A stretch of DNA of 64,000 bases from an uncultured Gemmatimonadaceae bacterium. GTDB taxonomy: Bacteria; Gemmatimonadota; Gemmatimonadetes; Gemmatimonadales; Gemmatimonadaceae. A model generated the notes under the pieces. It saw only the letters and a program-made list of their open reading frames with translations, did not search any database and was not told where the DNA came from. Shown here piece after piece: positions 28,879-39,203 of this stretch (positions within the stretch are counted from its first letter, which is position 1; every line of letters starts with the position of its first letter). The stretch is taken from assembly GCA_964391175.1 (NCBI GenBank), contig CAYMKQ010000002.1, forward strand, positions 8,799 through 72,798. The letters run 5' to 3'. Made by a program: the position numbers and the translations under genes.

Positions 28879-30246
28879 ATGCCCCTCTCGCGCGCGATCT
28901 TTCGCGAATACGACATCCGCGGTATTGCGGGGAAGGACCTCACCGAGGAAGCAGCCACAGCTATCGCCCGTGCCTACGCTGCCTTTCTGGCTGAGCGCGG
29001 AGCCAGAGGAGCCCTCGCAATCGGCCGCGACAATCGTCCGAGCGGGGTGGCGCTTCATCGCGCTCTCGTCGGCGGTCTGCTCGAAAGCGGCGTCGATGTT
29101 GTCGATATCGGTATCGTGCCAACGCCGGTTGCCTACTGGTCGCAGCACAAGCTGGATGTGGTCGGCGGAATCCAGATCACTGGCTCACACAATCCACCGG
29201 AGTACAACGGGTTCAAGCTGGGCCTTGGCACCAAGCCTGTGTATGGCGCCGATATCCAGCACATCTACGAGCTGGCCGTGGCCGGAAGCTTTCCGAAGGG
29301 AAAGGGGAATCTGCGCAGCGAGCAGGTGATCGACCGGTACGTCGACGACATCGCCACGCGCGTCGGAAAGCTCTCTCGCAATCTGAAGGTCGTGATCGAC
29401 TGCGGGAATGGCGCGGGAGCGCTCGTCGCGCCGAAGCTCTTTCCGCGACTGGGGATCGAGCCGCGGTGTCTGTTCTGCGAGAGCGATGGAACGTTTCCGA
29501 ATCACCACCCTGATCCGACCGTTCCGAAGAACGTCGAGGATCTCATTGCCGCGGTGAAAAAGGACCAGGCCGGCATCGGCATCGCCTTCGACGGAGACGC
29601 AGATCGGATCGGAGTCGTGGACGACACCGGAGAGATCATCTGGGGCGATTACCTGCTCATCGTCTACGCGCGCGATGTTCTCGCCCGCACGGGGAAAGGC
29701 CAGTCGATCGTTTTCGACGTGAAAGCGTCCCAGGCCCTTCCGGAGGCAATCGAGAAGGCGGGCGGAGTTCCGGTGATGTGGAAGACGGGGCATTCGCTCA
29801 TCGAAGAAAAGATGCACGAGACTCACGCGCCGGTCGGCGGAGAAATGTCGGGCCACATGTTCTTCTCCGAGGGATTTTACGGTTTCGACGACGCGCTCTA
29901 TGGCGCGGCCCGGCTTCTTCACATCGTGTCCGAATCTGGCAAGACAGTTCGCGAGCTGCTCGCCGACGTGCCGCGGTTCGTGTCAACGCCGGAGATCCGC
30001 ATCAGCTGCCCGGACGACAGGAAATTCGGGATCGTGGACGAGGCGAAAAAGCATTTCGCCGCGAAGTACAAGGTCATCACCGTCGACGGCGTGCGCGTTC
30101 TTTTCGGCGATGGATGGGGACTCATCCGCGCTTCCAACACGCAGCCGGTATTGGTGATGCGCTTCGAAGCTCGCGCCCCGGAGCAGCTGGAACGAATCCA
30201 ATCCGAGATGCAGGGGTGGCTTCGCGCAAAAGGCGTCAAGGTCTGA
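28879..30246 (+). CDS. Phosphomannomutase/phosphoglucomutase
   Basis: FREYDIRG, TGSHNP (phospho-Ser), FDGDADR, GEMSGH, RASNTQP motifs. Confidence 0.95.
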   Translation: MPLSRAIFREYDIRGIAGKDLTEEAATAIARAYAAFLAERGARGALAIGRDNRPSGVALHRALVGGLLESGVDVVDIGIVPTPVAYWSQHKLDVVGGIQITGSHNPPEYNGFKLGLGTKPVYGADIQHIYELAVAGSFPKGKGNLRSEQVIDRYVDDIATRVGKLSRNLKVVIDCGNGAGALVAPKLFPRLGIEPRCLFCESDGTFPNHHPDPTVPKNVEDLIAAVKKDQAGIGIAFDGDADRIGVVDDTGEIIWGDYLLIVYARDVLARTGKGQSIVFDVKASQALPEAIEKAGGVPVMWKTGHSLIEEKMHETHAPVGGEMSGHMFFSEGFYGFDDALYGAARLLHIVSESGKTVRELLADVPRFVSTPEIRISCPDDRKFGIVDEAKKHFAAKYKVITVDGVRVLFGDGWGLIRASNTQPVLVMRFEARAPEQLERIQSEMQGWLRAKGVKV

Positions 30247-30247
30247 T

Positions 30248-31987
30248 GTGATGCCCCGCCGGCGCCTCCTGCTCGGGGTCGTCATCGTGGCTGCGTTGCT
30301 CATGGGCGGACGTGCCCTCGCAGCTCTCTACGCGGACTACACCTGGTACCAGGCGATGGGCGGCAGCGCGATCTGGAGCGAGCGCGCTGGGAACCTCCTG
30401 CTGATCTACGGGCTCGGCTCCGTCATCGCGATTCTCGTCGCGTTCGTGAATCTCTCCGCCCTCGGGAGAAGCATCAGAGCGCTCACGCTTCCACGCCGGC
30501 TGGCGAACGTGGAGTTCGGGGAAGCGGTGCCGAGAAGATATCTGGACCGCATCGCATTGGTCCTCTCCGTTGCGATCGCGGCCGCAGTCGCTCCCGCGCT
30601 TCCGTCGTGGACCTCGCTGGCTCAGGCGCGCCTTGGCGTGAGCTTCCGCGAGCGCGATCCTTACTTCCACCACGATCTCGCCTTCTACACAACGTGGCTT
30701 CCCTTCGAGAAGTCTGTCTATTCGTGGGCGATGCTGCTCCTCGTCGGCGTCTCGCTGCTGGTCGTCGGACTCTATTCCCTCACTCCAGGATTGCGCTGGG
30801 AGCGCCGGGCCTTCCGCATGAGCGCGCGCGTGAGGCGCCACCTCAGCGTGCTCGCCGCGCTGCTGCTTCTCGTCACGATGTGGAGCTATCGCCTCACATC
30901 CTACGACCTGCTGATTCAGGGCGGGGAAGACGGTGGGGGCTTCTCCTACATCGACCACCAGTGGCTGCTGCCCGGCTTGCTCATTCTCTCCATCGCCACC
31001 GCCGCCGCGGCGATGACCGTCCTTTTCAGCGGATGGGCGGGGCAGCTCCGCACGAGCTTTGTCGCGGTAACTGGCGTGATCATCCTGTCCGTTGCTGTTC
31101 AGGAGATCTCGCCGCTCGTTGTCCGCCGCTTCGTGCCCGCCGAAACGCAGATGGAGAGGGAGCGCCCGTACGCGGCGACACGAGCTGAGTTCACTAGTCG
31201 TGCTTACGCAATCTCGTCCGCCGCCGGTGAGGTGTTACGGAGGGGCACGATGCCGGCGGCGATGGACAGCGCTGTCATGAACGCGCCCGGCCAGCGGGCA
31301 TTCCGACGGGACTCAATGGTGTACCCTGGTGCGCGAGGACTGGTCGTCGTCAGCGAGCCACAGCTCGACGTGGCCGGACAGAGGCTCGGTGACGGGCTCT
31401 CGCGACTTGGCTATGCCTGGGCCTACCAGTCGTTCGAGCTCCTTTCCGATTCGGTGCCACGGCGTGCCCGGCTGATAACGGTGCGCGATGTGCGCAGGAG
31501 AGTAGAGGCTCTGGCGCCGATTTTCGCGCAAGGCAGCATGGTCGAGCCCGTGTTCCACGCGGACACTCTCTACTGGAAGCTCGAGCTCTACTCGGCTTCC
31601 TCCAATTATCCACTGAGCCAACACTATGTTCTCGCCGGAGAAGAGCGGAGCTATTTCAGGCATGCCGCTACCGCTCTCGTCAATGCGCGCACCGCCCGCG
31701 TGATGATTGCAGCCGACCCCAATCCGGATCCGATCGCCCGGGCGTGGATGTCCGCGTTTCCCAACGCGGCCGACTACCGCGCTCCGGGGATCGCGCGCGA
31801 GCTGACCACTTCGCCCTGGCAGCCCATTACGGCAGGAGGACCGCTCCCGTCCAACGATTCGACTTTCCGAGCCGACGTGACGCGGCTTTACAATCGTATG
31901 CGAGCCGCTCTCGCCGCCGCCGATCTCAGAGCTTTCGGGATCGCTTACGACTCGCTGGGCGCGCTGATAGGTCCTCCGCACAGATGA
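30248..31987 (+). CDS. UPF0182 family membrane protein, shortened
   Basis: Multi-TM N-terminus with DPYFHHDLAFY. Later blocks (ERPY, RRRVEALAPIF, YPLS, DPIARAW...FP, C-terminal AADLRAFGIAY) resemble UPF0182. Confidence 0.75.
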   Translation: MMPRRRLLLGVVIVAALLMGGRALAALYADYTWYQAMGGSAIWSERAGNLLLIYGLGSVIAILVAFVNLSALGRSIRALTLPRRLANVEFGEAVPRRYLDRIALVLSVAIAAAVAPALPSWTSLAQARLGVSFRERDPYFHHDLAFYTTWLPFEKSVYSWAMLLLVGVSLLVVGLYSLTPGLRWERRAFRMSARVRRHLSVLAALLLLVTMWSYRLTSYDLLIQGGEDGGGFSYIDHQWLLPGLLILSIATAAAAMTVLFSGWAGQLRTSFVAVTGVIILSVAVQEISPLVVRRFVPAETQMERERPYAATRAEFTSRAYAISSAAGEVLRRGTMPAAMDSAVMNAPGQRAFRRDSMVYPGARGLVVVSEPQLDVAGQRLGDGLSRLGYAWAYQSFELLSDSVPRRARLITVRDVRRRVEALAPIFAQGSMVEPVFHADTLYWKLELYSASSNYPLSQHYVLAGEERSYFRHAATALVNARTARVMIAADPNPDPIARAWMSAFPNAADYRAPGIARELTTSPWQPITAGGPLPSNDSTFRADVTRLYNRMRAALAAADLRAFGIAYDSLGALIGPPHR

Positions 31988-32931
31988 GTGACCCCCCGCG
32001 GACGGCCGTGATAGCGGTCGGGGGAAATGCGCTCTCTCCGCCAGGAGAGAGATCGACCATTGCCGATCAGTTCCGCCACTGCCGCGCGAGCCTCGGCCCT
32101 ATCGTCGATCTCGCGCTCGACGGCTGGCGCGTCGTGGTCGTTCATGGCAACGGTCCACAGGTTGGCGACGAGCTGGTCCGCAACGAGAAGGCTCGCGCCG
32201 AAGTGGCTCCCTTGCCACTTGGTGTGTTGGTGGCGGGAACCGCGGGCTGGATCGGATACATGCTCCAGCAGTCGCTGGAAAACGCGCTGCGGAAGGCGGG
32301 CAGCACACGCGACGTCGTGACGATTCTCACACAGGTGGAGGTCGCCGCGGAGGACCCCGCGCTCAAGGATCCGAAGAAATTCATTGGCCACGGGCTGTCG
32401 GTCGTCCGCGCGCGCGAGCTGAGGGCGCAGGGTCACCCGATCAAGAAGGACGCAAAAGGCCATTTCAGGCGCGTCGTCGGAAGTCCCAGCCCGGTTGCGA
32501 TCCACGAGCTGCATACCATTCGCACCCTCGTCGAGCGTGACACCGTTGTAATAGCGTGTGGAGGCGGCGGCATTCCAGTGTATCGCGACCCACGGCTCGG
32601 GTTGGAGGGAGTCGATGCCGTGATAGACAAGGATCTGGCGGCGGCGGTTCTCGCAGGTGAGCTCGGTGCGGACCTGCTTCTCATCCTCACCGATGTCGAT
32701 GCGGTTTACACGGGTTGGGGAACCGAGGAACAACGCGCGATCTCCTCAATGACCGTCGGCGAGGCGGAGCAGCTCGCGAGCACCGGAGCGTTCGGCGAGG
32801 GAAGCATGGGCCCGAAAGTGTTGGCGGCGGTGAACTACGTGCGTCGAACGCAGGGCCGTGCCATTATTACGGAGCTGAGCAGGGGCCGGGCCGCGGTGCA
32901 GGGCTCTGGCGGCACCCACATCGTCCCGTAA
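31984..32931 (+). CDS. arcC: Carbamate kinase
   Basis: AVGGNAL, HGNGPQVG, GGGGIPV, AVIDKD, GSMGPKV motifs. Confidence 0.93.
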   Translation: MSDPPRTAVIAVGGNALSPPGERSTIADQFRHCRASLGPIVDLALDGWRVVVVHGNGPQVGDELVRNEKARAEVAPLPLGVLVAGTAGWIGYMLQQSLENALRKAGSTRDVVTILTQVEVAAEDPALKDPKKFIGHGLSVVRARELRAQGHPIKKDAKGHFRRVVGSPSPVAIHELHTIRTLVERDTVVIACGGGGIPVYRDPRLGLEGVDAVIDKDLAAAVLAGELGADLLLILTDVDAVYTGWGTEEQRAISSMTVGEAEQLASTGAFGEGSMGPKVLAAVNYVRRTQGRAIITELSRGRAAVQGSGGTHIVP

Positions 32932-32984
32932 GTGCGCCATTTCAATATCGATGAGCCGCGTGCCCGCACGCGTTCGGAGCAAGC

Positions 32985-34130
32985 GTGAACATCCACGAGT
33001 ACCAGGCAAAGGAAATCTTTCGGAGAAACGGCATCCCGATTCCGCCGGGCGAGGTTGCCACCACACCGGAAGAAGCGGAAGCAATCGCCCGTAAGTTCGG
33101 CGCGACCGTGGTCGTGAAAGCTCAAGTGCATTCCGGCGGCAGAGGAAAGGCGGGAGGCGTGAAGCTCGCGCGCTCGCCCGAAGATGCGAAGAGCATCGCC
33201 GCCCAGATCCTCAAGCTCACGATCAAGGATCTTCCTGTAAGAAAGGTTCTGGTCACGCCGGCGGCGGACATCGCATCCGAAGCCTACGTCGGCATCATCA
33301 TCGACCGCGCCTCGAGGCGCGCGGTGTTCATGGTAAGCCCGGCAGGAGGAATCGACATCGAAGAAGTGGCGGCGAAGACTCCCGACAGGATTCGGCGTCA
33401 TCCCATAGACCCGCGGTACGGACTTCAGGCGTATGAGGCCTTGCAGCTGGCCTTCTTCCTTTATCCGGATGTGAAGCAGGCTCGGCCGGCCGCGAAGATT
33501 CTCCAGCAGCTGTACAAGGCTTTCACGAAGAGCGGGGCTTCGCTCGCCGAGATCAATCCTCTCGTCACGACCCCGGCCGGCGATGTGGTCGCACTCGATG
33601 CGAAGATGGTGATCGACGACAACGAGCTCGATCGCCGGCCGGACATTGCCGCGCTCCGGGACGAATCATCCGAGGCACCGAGCGAGGTCGACGCGCGGAA
33701 GGCGAACCTGACCTTCATCAAGCTCGATGGAAATGTAGGCTGTGTGGTCAACGGCGCCGGCCTCGCGATGGCGACGATGGATCTGGTGAAGTACTACGGC
33801 GGAGAACCGGCGAACTTTCTCGACATCGGAGGCTCTTCCAATCCGGAGAAGGTCGTGAACGCTCTTCGGATCATCACCAGCGACCCGAACGTCAAGGCGA
33901 TCCTCTTCAACATCTTCGGCGGAATCACGCGCACCGATGATGTCGCGAACGGAATAGTCACGGCGCTCAAACAGAATCCGCTGCAGGTTCCGCTGGTGAT
34001 CCGGCTCACCGGCACGAACGAGAAGATCGCCCTCAGGATCCTCAAGGACAACGGGCTCTCCGCCATGACCGACATGGATGAAGCGGTGAAGAAGGCGGTA
34101 GCTCTCGCCACCGGAGGGAAGGCGAAGTGA
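32985..34130 (+). CDS. sucC: Succinyl-CoA synthetase beta subunit
   Basis: [37 protein letters not shown] motifs. Confidence 0.97.
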   Translation: MNIHEYQAKEIFRRNGIPIPPGEVATTPEEAEAIARKFGATVVVKAQVHSGGRGKAGGVKLARSPEDAKSIAAQILKLTIKDLPVRKVLVTPAADIASEAYVGIIIDRASRRAVFMVSPAGGIDIEEVAAKTPDRIRRHPIDPRYGLQAYEALQLAFFLYPDVKQARPAAKILQQLYKAFTKSGASLAEINPLVTTPAGDVVALDAKMVIDDNELDRRPDIAALRDESSEAPSEVDARKANLTFIKLDGNVGCVVNGAGLAMATMDLVKYYGGEPANFLDIGGSSNPEKVVNALRIITSDPNVKAILFNIFGGITRTDDVANGIVTALKQNPLQVPLVIRLTGTNEKIALRILKDNGLSAMTDMDEAVKKAVALATGGKAK

Positions 34131-34999
34131 GCATCTTCATCGACAGGAGCACGCGGCTCCTGGTGCAGGGAATCACCGGGCGCGATGGCTCGTTCCACAC
34201 GAAGCAGATGATCGAGTACGGAACGCAGGTCGTCGCTGGAGTCACCCCCGGGAAGGGCGGACAGAAGTTTGAGGACAAGGTGCCGATCTTCAACACCGTC
34301 GCCGAGGCCGTGGCTGCGACGCGGGCCGACACGACCGTGATCTATGTCCCGCCGATGTTCGCCGCCGACGCGATCATGGAAGCGGCCGATGCCGGAATCG
34401 CGCTGATAGTTTGCATCACCGAGGGCGTGCCGGTGCTGGATATGACCCGCGTCTATCCCTTCGTGAAGGAGAAAGGGTCGCGACTCATCGGTCCGAACTG
34501 CCCTGGGCTCATATCGCCCGGTCAGTCGAAGGTCGGAATCATTCCAGGACGGATCTGCGCTCCTGGTTCCATTGGGCTCGTAAGCCGCTCCGGAACGCTG
34601 ACGTACGAAGTCGTCTATCAGATGACGCGCGCCAAAATGGGTCAGACGACGTGCGTTGGAATCGGCGGCGATCCAATCAACGGCACCAGCTTCATCGATT
34701 GTCTCGAGGCATTCGAGAAGGATCCCGCCACGACCACGGTCGTCATGATCGGCGAGATCGGCGGGACGGACGAGCAGGATGCCGCTCGCTTCGTCAAAGA
34801 GAAGATGAAGAAGCCCGTGATCGGGTTCATCGCCGGCCAGACGGCTCCGCCCGGCCGACGGATGGGTCACGCCGGGGCGATCATCTCCGGGTCAGCCGGG
34901 ACAGCCGCGGAAAAGATGCAGGCTTTCGAGGAGAACGGCGTCGTGGTCGCCAAGCGGCCGATCGATGTCGTCGATTTACTCAAACGCGCGATGCGCTAG
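34127..34999 (+). CDS. sucD: Succinyl-CoA synthetase alpha subunit
   Basis: [27 protein letters not shown] motifs. Confidence 0.97.
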   Translation: MSIFIDRSTRLLVQGITGRDGSFHTKQMIEYGTQVVAGVTPGKGGQKFEDKVPIFNTVAEAVAATRADTTVIYVPPMFAADAIMEAADAGIALIVCITEGVPVLDMTRVYPFVKEKGSRLIGPNCPGLISPGQSKVGIIPGRICAPGSIGLVSRSGTLTYEVVYQMTRAKMGQTTCVGIGGDPINGTSFIDCLEAFEKDPATTTVVMIGEIGGTDEQDAARFVKEKMKKPVIGFIAGQTAPPGRRMGHAGAIISGSAGTAAEKMQAFEENGVVVAKRPIDVVDLLKRAMR

Positions 35000-35013
35000 A
35001 ACCGAAACCGCAG

Positions 35014-35433
35014 ATGGCTGGCAACAGAACTCTTGCGATCATCAAACCCGATGCCTTCGGCTCGGGCAAGACCGGGAAAATCGTCGCGCACCTGGAGAAG
35101 GCGGGCTTCAAGCTCGTCGCCACTCGCGTCGTGCGCCTCACCCAGGAACAGGCGGGCGCGTTTTACGCGGTACACCGTGACCGGCCATTCTTTGCTTCGC
35201 TCACGCGCTTCATGACATCCGGCAAGTGCATGCTCCTGGTGCTGGAACGCGCGGACGCGGTCGCCGCCCTGCGCAAGACGATCGGCGCCACCGATCCCGC
35301 CGAGGCGGAGGCGGGCACCGTTCGGAAGCTCTACGCGGAATCGAAGGAGCGGAACGCGATTCACGCGTCGGACTCAGATGAGAATGCGCTCCGTGAGGCT
35401 TGTTTCTTCTTTCCCGAAGCGGAGCTGGTTTAG
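35014..35433 (+). CDS. ndk: Nucleoside diphosphate kinase
   Basis: TLAIIKPDA, FYAVH..RPFF, NAIHASDS motifs. Confidence 0.96.
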   Translation: MAGNRTLAIIKPDAFGSGKTGKIVAHLEKAGFKLVATRVVRLTQEQAGAFYAVHRDRPFFASLTRFMTSGKCMLLVLERADAVAALRKTIGATDPAEAEAGTVRKLYAESKERNAIHASDSDENALREACFFFPEAELV

Positions 35434-35470
35434 CGCCCCGCCGACGGCGAAAATCGCGAGCGAACAGGGC

Positions 35471-35499
35471 TGGAATCGATGGCATAAACCCGCTAGGTT
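35471..35499 (+). promoter_or_regulatory. Putative promoter of the yceD-rpmF-plsX-fab operon
   Basis: TGGAAT-17 bp-TAGGTT, 9 nt before ATG 35509. Confidence 0.4.
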
Positions 35500-35508
35500 A
35501 AAGGGCTT

Positions 35509-36021
35509 ATGCTGTCCTTTGACATACGCTCGCTGGAGACGAAGGCCGTCCACGTGGATGGCTCCCTCCAGCCGGATGACCCGATCTGGCAAGAGGCCGA
35601 TTCCCGCCCCTCCGAGCCGATTCGTGTAAGGGGCCGGCTCTCCACTGCGGGAGAGGGCAGGTTCTACTTCAGCGGCCGCATCGACGGCCGCATTGAGCTC
35701 CCTTGCCGCCTCTGCCTGGAGAACGTCGACGTGGCGGTCGAGGATGAGGTACACTTCATCCTCGCCGAGACCGGAGCCGAAGAGGCGGACGATCCCGACG
35801 TGTTTCTCTACGATCCGACGGCGCGGACGCTCGACCTGCGCGCGGCGGTGAGAGAGACATGGCTGCTCACGGCTCCCGCGTTCGTGCAGTGCAGGGAGGA
35901 TTGCAGGGGATTGTGTGTTACCTGCGGTACCAATCTCAACGAGAACAGTTGCGACTGCGCGCCGACAAAAACAGATACGCGCTGGGGCGCCCTGCTCAAG
36001 CACCAGAGCGACGCTCACTAG
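35509..36021 (+). CDS. YceD/DUF177 family protein
   Basis: CRLCL and CREDCRGLCVTCG.NLN..CDC, D.RW..L motifs. Upstream of rpmF. Confidence 0.9.
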   Translation: MLSFDIRSLETKAVHVDGSLQPDDPIWQEADSRPSEPIRVRGRLSTAGEGRFYFSGRIDGRIELPCRLCLENVDVAVEDEVHFILAETGAEEADDPDVFLYDPTARTLDLRAAVRETWLLTAPAFVQCREDCRGLCVTCGTNLNENSCDCAPTKTDTRWGALLKHQSDAH

Positions 36022-36050
36022 CACTTCAACCACTCTTAGGAACAATACCA

Positions 36051-36233
36051 ATGGCCGTACCCAAGCGACGCACATCCAAGCGAAAGAAGCGCGCGCGCAA
36101 CACCCACAAGACCGCGCCCGCGATCGCGATTCAGAAGTGTCCGCGCTGCCAGAGCATGAAGCGACCGCATCACGTGTGCGAGGAATGTGGATACTACGCG
36201 GGCGAACAGCGAGTAGTGCCCAGGGAAGCGTAG
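36051..36233 (+). CDS. rpmF: 50S ribosomal protein L32 (zinc-binding C+ form)
   Basis: MAVPKRRTSK, CPRC...HHVCEECGYY. Confidence 0.97.
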   Translation: MAVPKRRTSKRKKRARNTHKTAPAIAIQKCPRCQSMKRPHHVCEECGYYAGEQRVVPREA

Positions 36234-36234
36234 T

Positions 36235-37275
36235 TTGGCGCGTATTGCGTTGGACGCTATGGGGGGCGATTTTGCTCCCAAAGCGACAATCGCCGGCGCT
36301 CTACTCGCCCTTCAGGAACTCGACGCACGGCATGAGGTGCAGCTCGTAGGTCAAACCGCAGTCGTCGAATCGCAGCTTGCCAGCCTCCTCTCCGGCGAGC
36401 TGTCGAGCGCTTCGGCCGTTCGCGAGCGCATTCACGTCGTCGAAGCGCCTGACGTCATCAAGATGTCGGAGAAGCCGACCTCCGCGCTCCGAAAGAAGCG
36501 AAACAGCTCGATGATGGTCGGCCTCAGGATGCAGGTCGACGGTGAATCCGACGCGTTCGTTTCCGCCGGAAACACGGGCGCCCAGATGGCCTCGTCCGTG
36601 ATGCTGCTCAAGCTTCAGCCGGGGCTCACTCGTCCAGCCATCGCCACCGTCTTCCCGACGGCACGTAATCCGCTCATAGTTCTGGATTCGGGGGCGAACG
36701 TGGACTGCTCCACCCGGGAGCTCCTCCAGTTTGCGTGGATTGGCGCGGTTTACGCTGAATGTATTTTCGGGCGCTCGAATCCCTCCATCGGTCTCCTTTC
36801 GATTGGCGAGGAGCCGGAGAAGGGAAACGCTGTGGTCAAGGAGGCCAATGCTCTGTTCCAGAAGGCCGGCTTCAACTTCCACGGCAACGTCGAGGGCCGG
36901 GATCTTCTTGCCGGCGCCAGCGACCGGGGACCGGTCGATGTCGTCATCTGCGACGGATTCGTCGGCAATGTCGTGCTCAAGTTCTACGAAGCTGTCTCGC
37001 CGATGATCCTTCGCCTTCTGGGTGAGCATCCCGGCCTCGACCCGGAGCACGTGCGTAGCGCTCTCAAAAGCCTGGACTCGAGTGAATACGGCGGCGCTCC
37101 GCTGCTGGGCGTCCGGGGAGTGAGCATCATCTGTCACGGCAACTCCGCGCCCCGCGCAATCAAGAACGCGATCAAGTTCGCGGTGCGCGCGGTAGAGACG
37201 CGCATGAACGACCAGATCGGTATCAGACTCAAGGCCGCCGCTCATTCCATCAAAGCAGCGGCACAATCGGCATGA
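36235..37275 (+). CDS. plsX: Phosphate acyltransferase PlsX
   Basis: IALDAMGGDFAP, SAGNTGA, LDSGAN, DGFVGNV, YGGAPLLG motifs. Confidence 0.96.
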   Translation: MARIALDAMGGDFAPKATIAGALLALQELDARHEVQLVGQTAVVESQLASLLSGELSSASAVRERIHVVEAPDVIKMSEKPTSALRKKRNSSMMVGLRMQVDGESDAFVSAGNTGAQMASSVMLLKLQPGLTRPAIATVFPTARNPLIVLDSGANVDCSTRELLQFAWIGAVYAECIFGRSNPSIGLLSIGEEPEKGNAVVKEANALFQKAGFNFHGNVEGRDLLAGASDRGPVDVVICDGFVGNVVLKFYEAVSPMILRLLGEHPGLDPEHVRSALKSLDSSEYGGAPLLGVRGVSIICHGNSAPRAIKNAIKFAVRAVETRMNDQIGIRLKAAAHSIKAAAQSA

Positions 37276-38261
37276 AGCGACCTCTTGCCGCCATTGCGGG
37301 CACCGGACGCGGTCTCCCCGCACACGTGATGACGAATCACGACTTCGCCGCGATCGGAATCGAGACCTCGCACGAGTGGATTTACGAGCGAAGCGGCATC
37401 GTCGAGCGCCGGCTGGCGAAGAATGGCGAGACCACGTGCTCGATGGCATCGGACGCGGCCAGGCAGGCGATGGCTTCCGCCGGCGTGCATGCGGGCGAGA
37501 TCGACTTGATCGTCCTGAGCACCGCGACCCCCGACCGTCTTCTCCCCGCGACCGCCGTCGATATCCAGGCGGAGCTGGGCGCGACGCGTGCGGCCGCCTT
37601 CGACCTGGGTGCCGCTTGCGCGGGTTGGCTCTACGCGATGACGACGGCCGAAGGATTGATAATGTCCGGTGTCGCCGAGACCGCGCTGGTGATCGGCTCG
37701 GAGAAGATGAGCGCCATCGTCGACTGGAAGGACAGAGCGACCTGCGTTCTCTTCGGCGACGGCGCCGGAGCGGCGGTGCTCAAGAAGAGCAGGCAGGGGA
37801 AGGGAATTCTGTCCGCCTACATGCGGAGCGACGGCAAGCTCGCTGATTTGCTCTACCGGCCGGAAGGGGGCGCCACGGTACCGATGTCCGCCGACGTCCT
37901 CGAGAAGCGCTCCCATCTCGTGCGCATGGCGGGCCGCGAAGTTTTCAAGCACGCCGTGCGCTCGATGTCCGACGCGGCCGACAGGGCGCTCGACGGCGCC
38001 CGCCTCACCGGCTCCGACATCGATCTGCTCATCCCCCACCAGGCCAACGTGCGCATCATCGAAGCGACGGCGAAGCATTCCGGGATCCCGATGGATAAGG
38101 TCTACGTGAACGTCGACCGCTACGGCAATACGTCTTCGGCTTCGATTCCGATCGCGCTCGACGAAGCAATCGAGACCGGAAGAATCAAGGACGGATCGAC
38201 GGTAATGATGGTCGCCTTCGGCGCCGGGTTCACGTGGGCGTCGATGATCGTCCGCTTCTAA
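37272..38261 (+). CDS. fabH: Beta-ketoacyl-ACP synthase III
   Basis: AACAG, FGDGAGA, PHQAN, GNTSSASIP motifs. Confidence 0.96.
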   Translation: MKRPLAAIAGTGRGLPAHVMTNHDFAAIGIETSHEWIYERSGIVERRLAKNGETTCSMASDAARQAMASAGVHAGEIDLIVLSTATPDRLLPATAVDIQAELGATRAAAFDLGAACAGWLYAMTTAEGLIMSGVAETALVIGSEKMSAIVDWKDRATCVLFGDGAGAAVLKKSRQGKGILSAYMRSDGKLADLLYRPEGGATVPMSADVLEKRSHLVRMAGREVFKHAVRSMSDAADRALDGARLTGSDIDLLIPHQANVRIIEATAKHSGIPMDKVYVNVDRYGNTSSASIPIALDEAIETGRIKDGSTVMMVAFGAGFTWASMIVRF

Positions 38262-38264
38262 TCG

Positions 38265-39203
38265 GTGGACATCGTACTCCTCTTTCCGGGCCAGGGCTCC
38301 CAAAAGCCCGGCATGGGAAAGGATCTCGCCGAAGCTTTTCCAGTGGCGCGAGCGGTGTTCGGTGAGGTGGACGCGGCGCTCGGAGCGGATATCAGCCGTC
38401 TCTGTTTCGAGGGACCGGCCGACGAGCTCACGGCCACCAGCAACGCGCAGCCGGCGCTCTTCGCTCACGGTGCCGCGGTGTGGGCGTTGACGAAGGAAGC
38501 CCTTCGCCCGCATGTGAAAGCAGCCGCCGGGCATTCGCTCGGTGAGTTCACCGCATATCACGCGGCGGACGCGGTTGGGCTTACCGGCGGAGCGAAGCTC
38601 GTGCGCCGCCGTGGAGAGTTGATGTACGATACGGGGAAAGTGCGGCCCGGCGCGATGGCGGCCATCCTGGGCACGACGACAACCCCGATCGCGGAGCTGT
38701 GCGAGCGTGCATCTAAAGAGGCGGCGCTCGTGGTCCCAGCCAACTACAACACCGACGAGCAGACAGTCGTGTCGGGCGAAGTCGCGGGCGTGGAACGCTT
38801 GATGGAGCTGGCGAAGGAGGCCGGGGCAAAGCGCGCCATCAAGCTTCCCGTGAGTGGAGCGTTTCACTCGCCATTGATGGAGCCGGCCGCGGTCGGGCTC
38901 GCGGAAGCGATCGCCACGGCGGCGTTCACAGCTCCCACGTTTCCGATCTACTCCAACGTCACCGCCGGGGCGTGCACCGACACGGCCGAGGCGAAGGACC
39001 TCCTCCTCCGACAGCTTACTTCACCGGTGCGATGGTCGACGGAGGTCCGGCACATCGCCGACCGTTTTCCGGATGCCCTCTACGTCGAGATGGGGCCGGG
39101 CAACGTCCTGAGCGGTCTGGTCGGCCGTCTGGTGAAGGGCGCGCGGACCGTAGCCTGCGGCACCGTGGCGGAGACGGAAAAACTTCTACAGCTGATGGCA
39201 TGA
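38265..39203 (+). CDS. fabD: Malonyl-CoA:ACP transacylase
   Basis: FPGQGSQ, GHSLGE, SGAFHS motifs. Confidence 0.96.
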   Translation: MDIVLLFPGQGSQKPGMGKDLAEAFPVARAVFGEVDAALGADISRLCFEGPADELTATSNAQPALFAHGAAVWALTKEALRPHVKAAAGHSLGEFTAYHAADAVGLTGGAKLVRRRGELMYDTGKVRPGAMAAILGTTTTPIAELCERASKEAALVVPANYNTDEQTVVSGEVAGVERLMELAKEAGAKRAIKLPVSGAFHSPLMEPAAVGLAEAIATAAFTAPTFPIYSNVTAGACTDTAEAKDLLLRQLTSPVRWSTEVRHIADRFPDALYVEMGPGNVLSGLVGRLVKGARTVACGTVAETEKLLQLMA

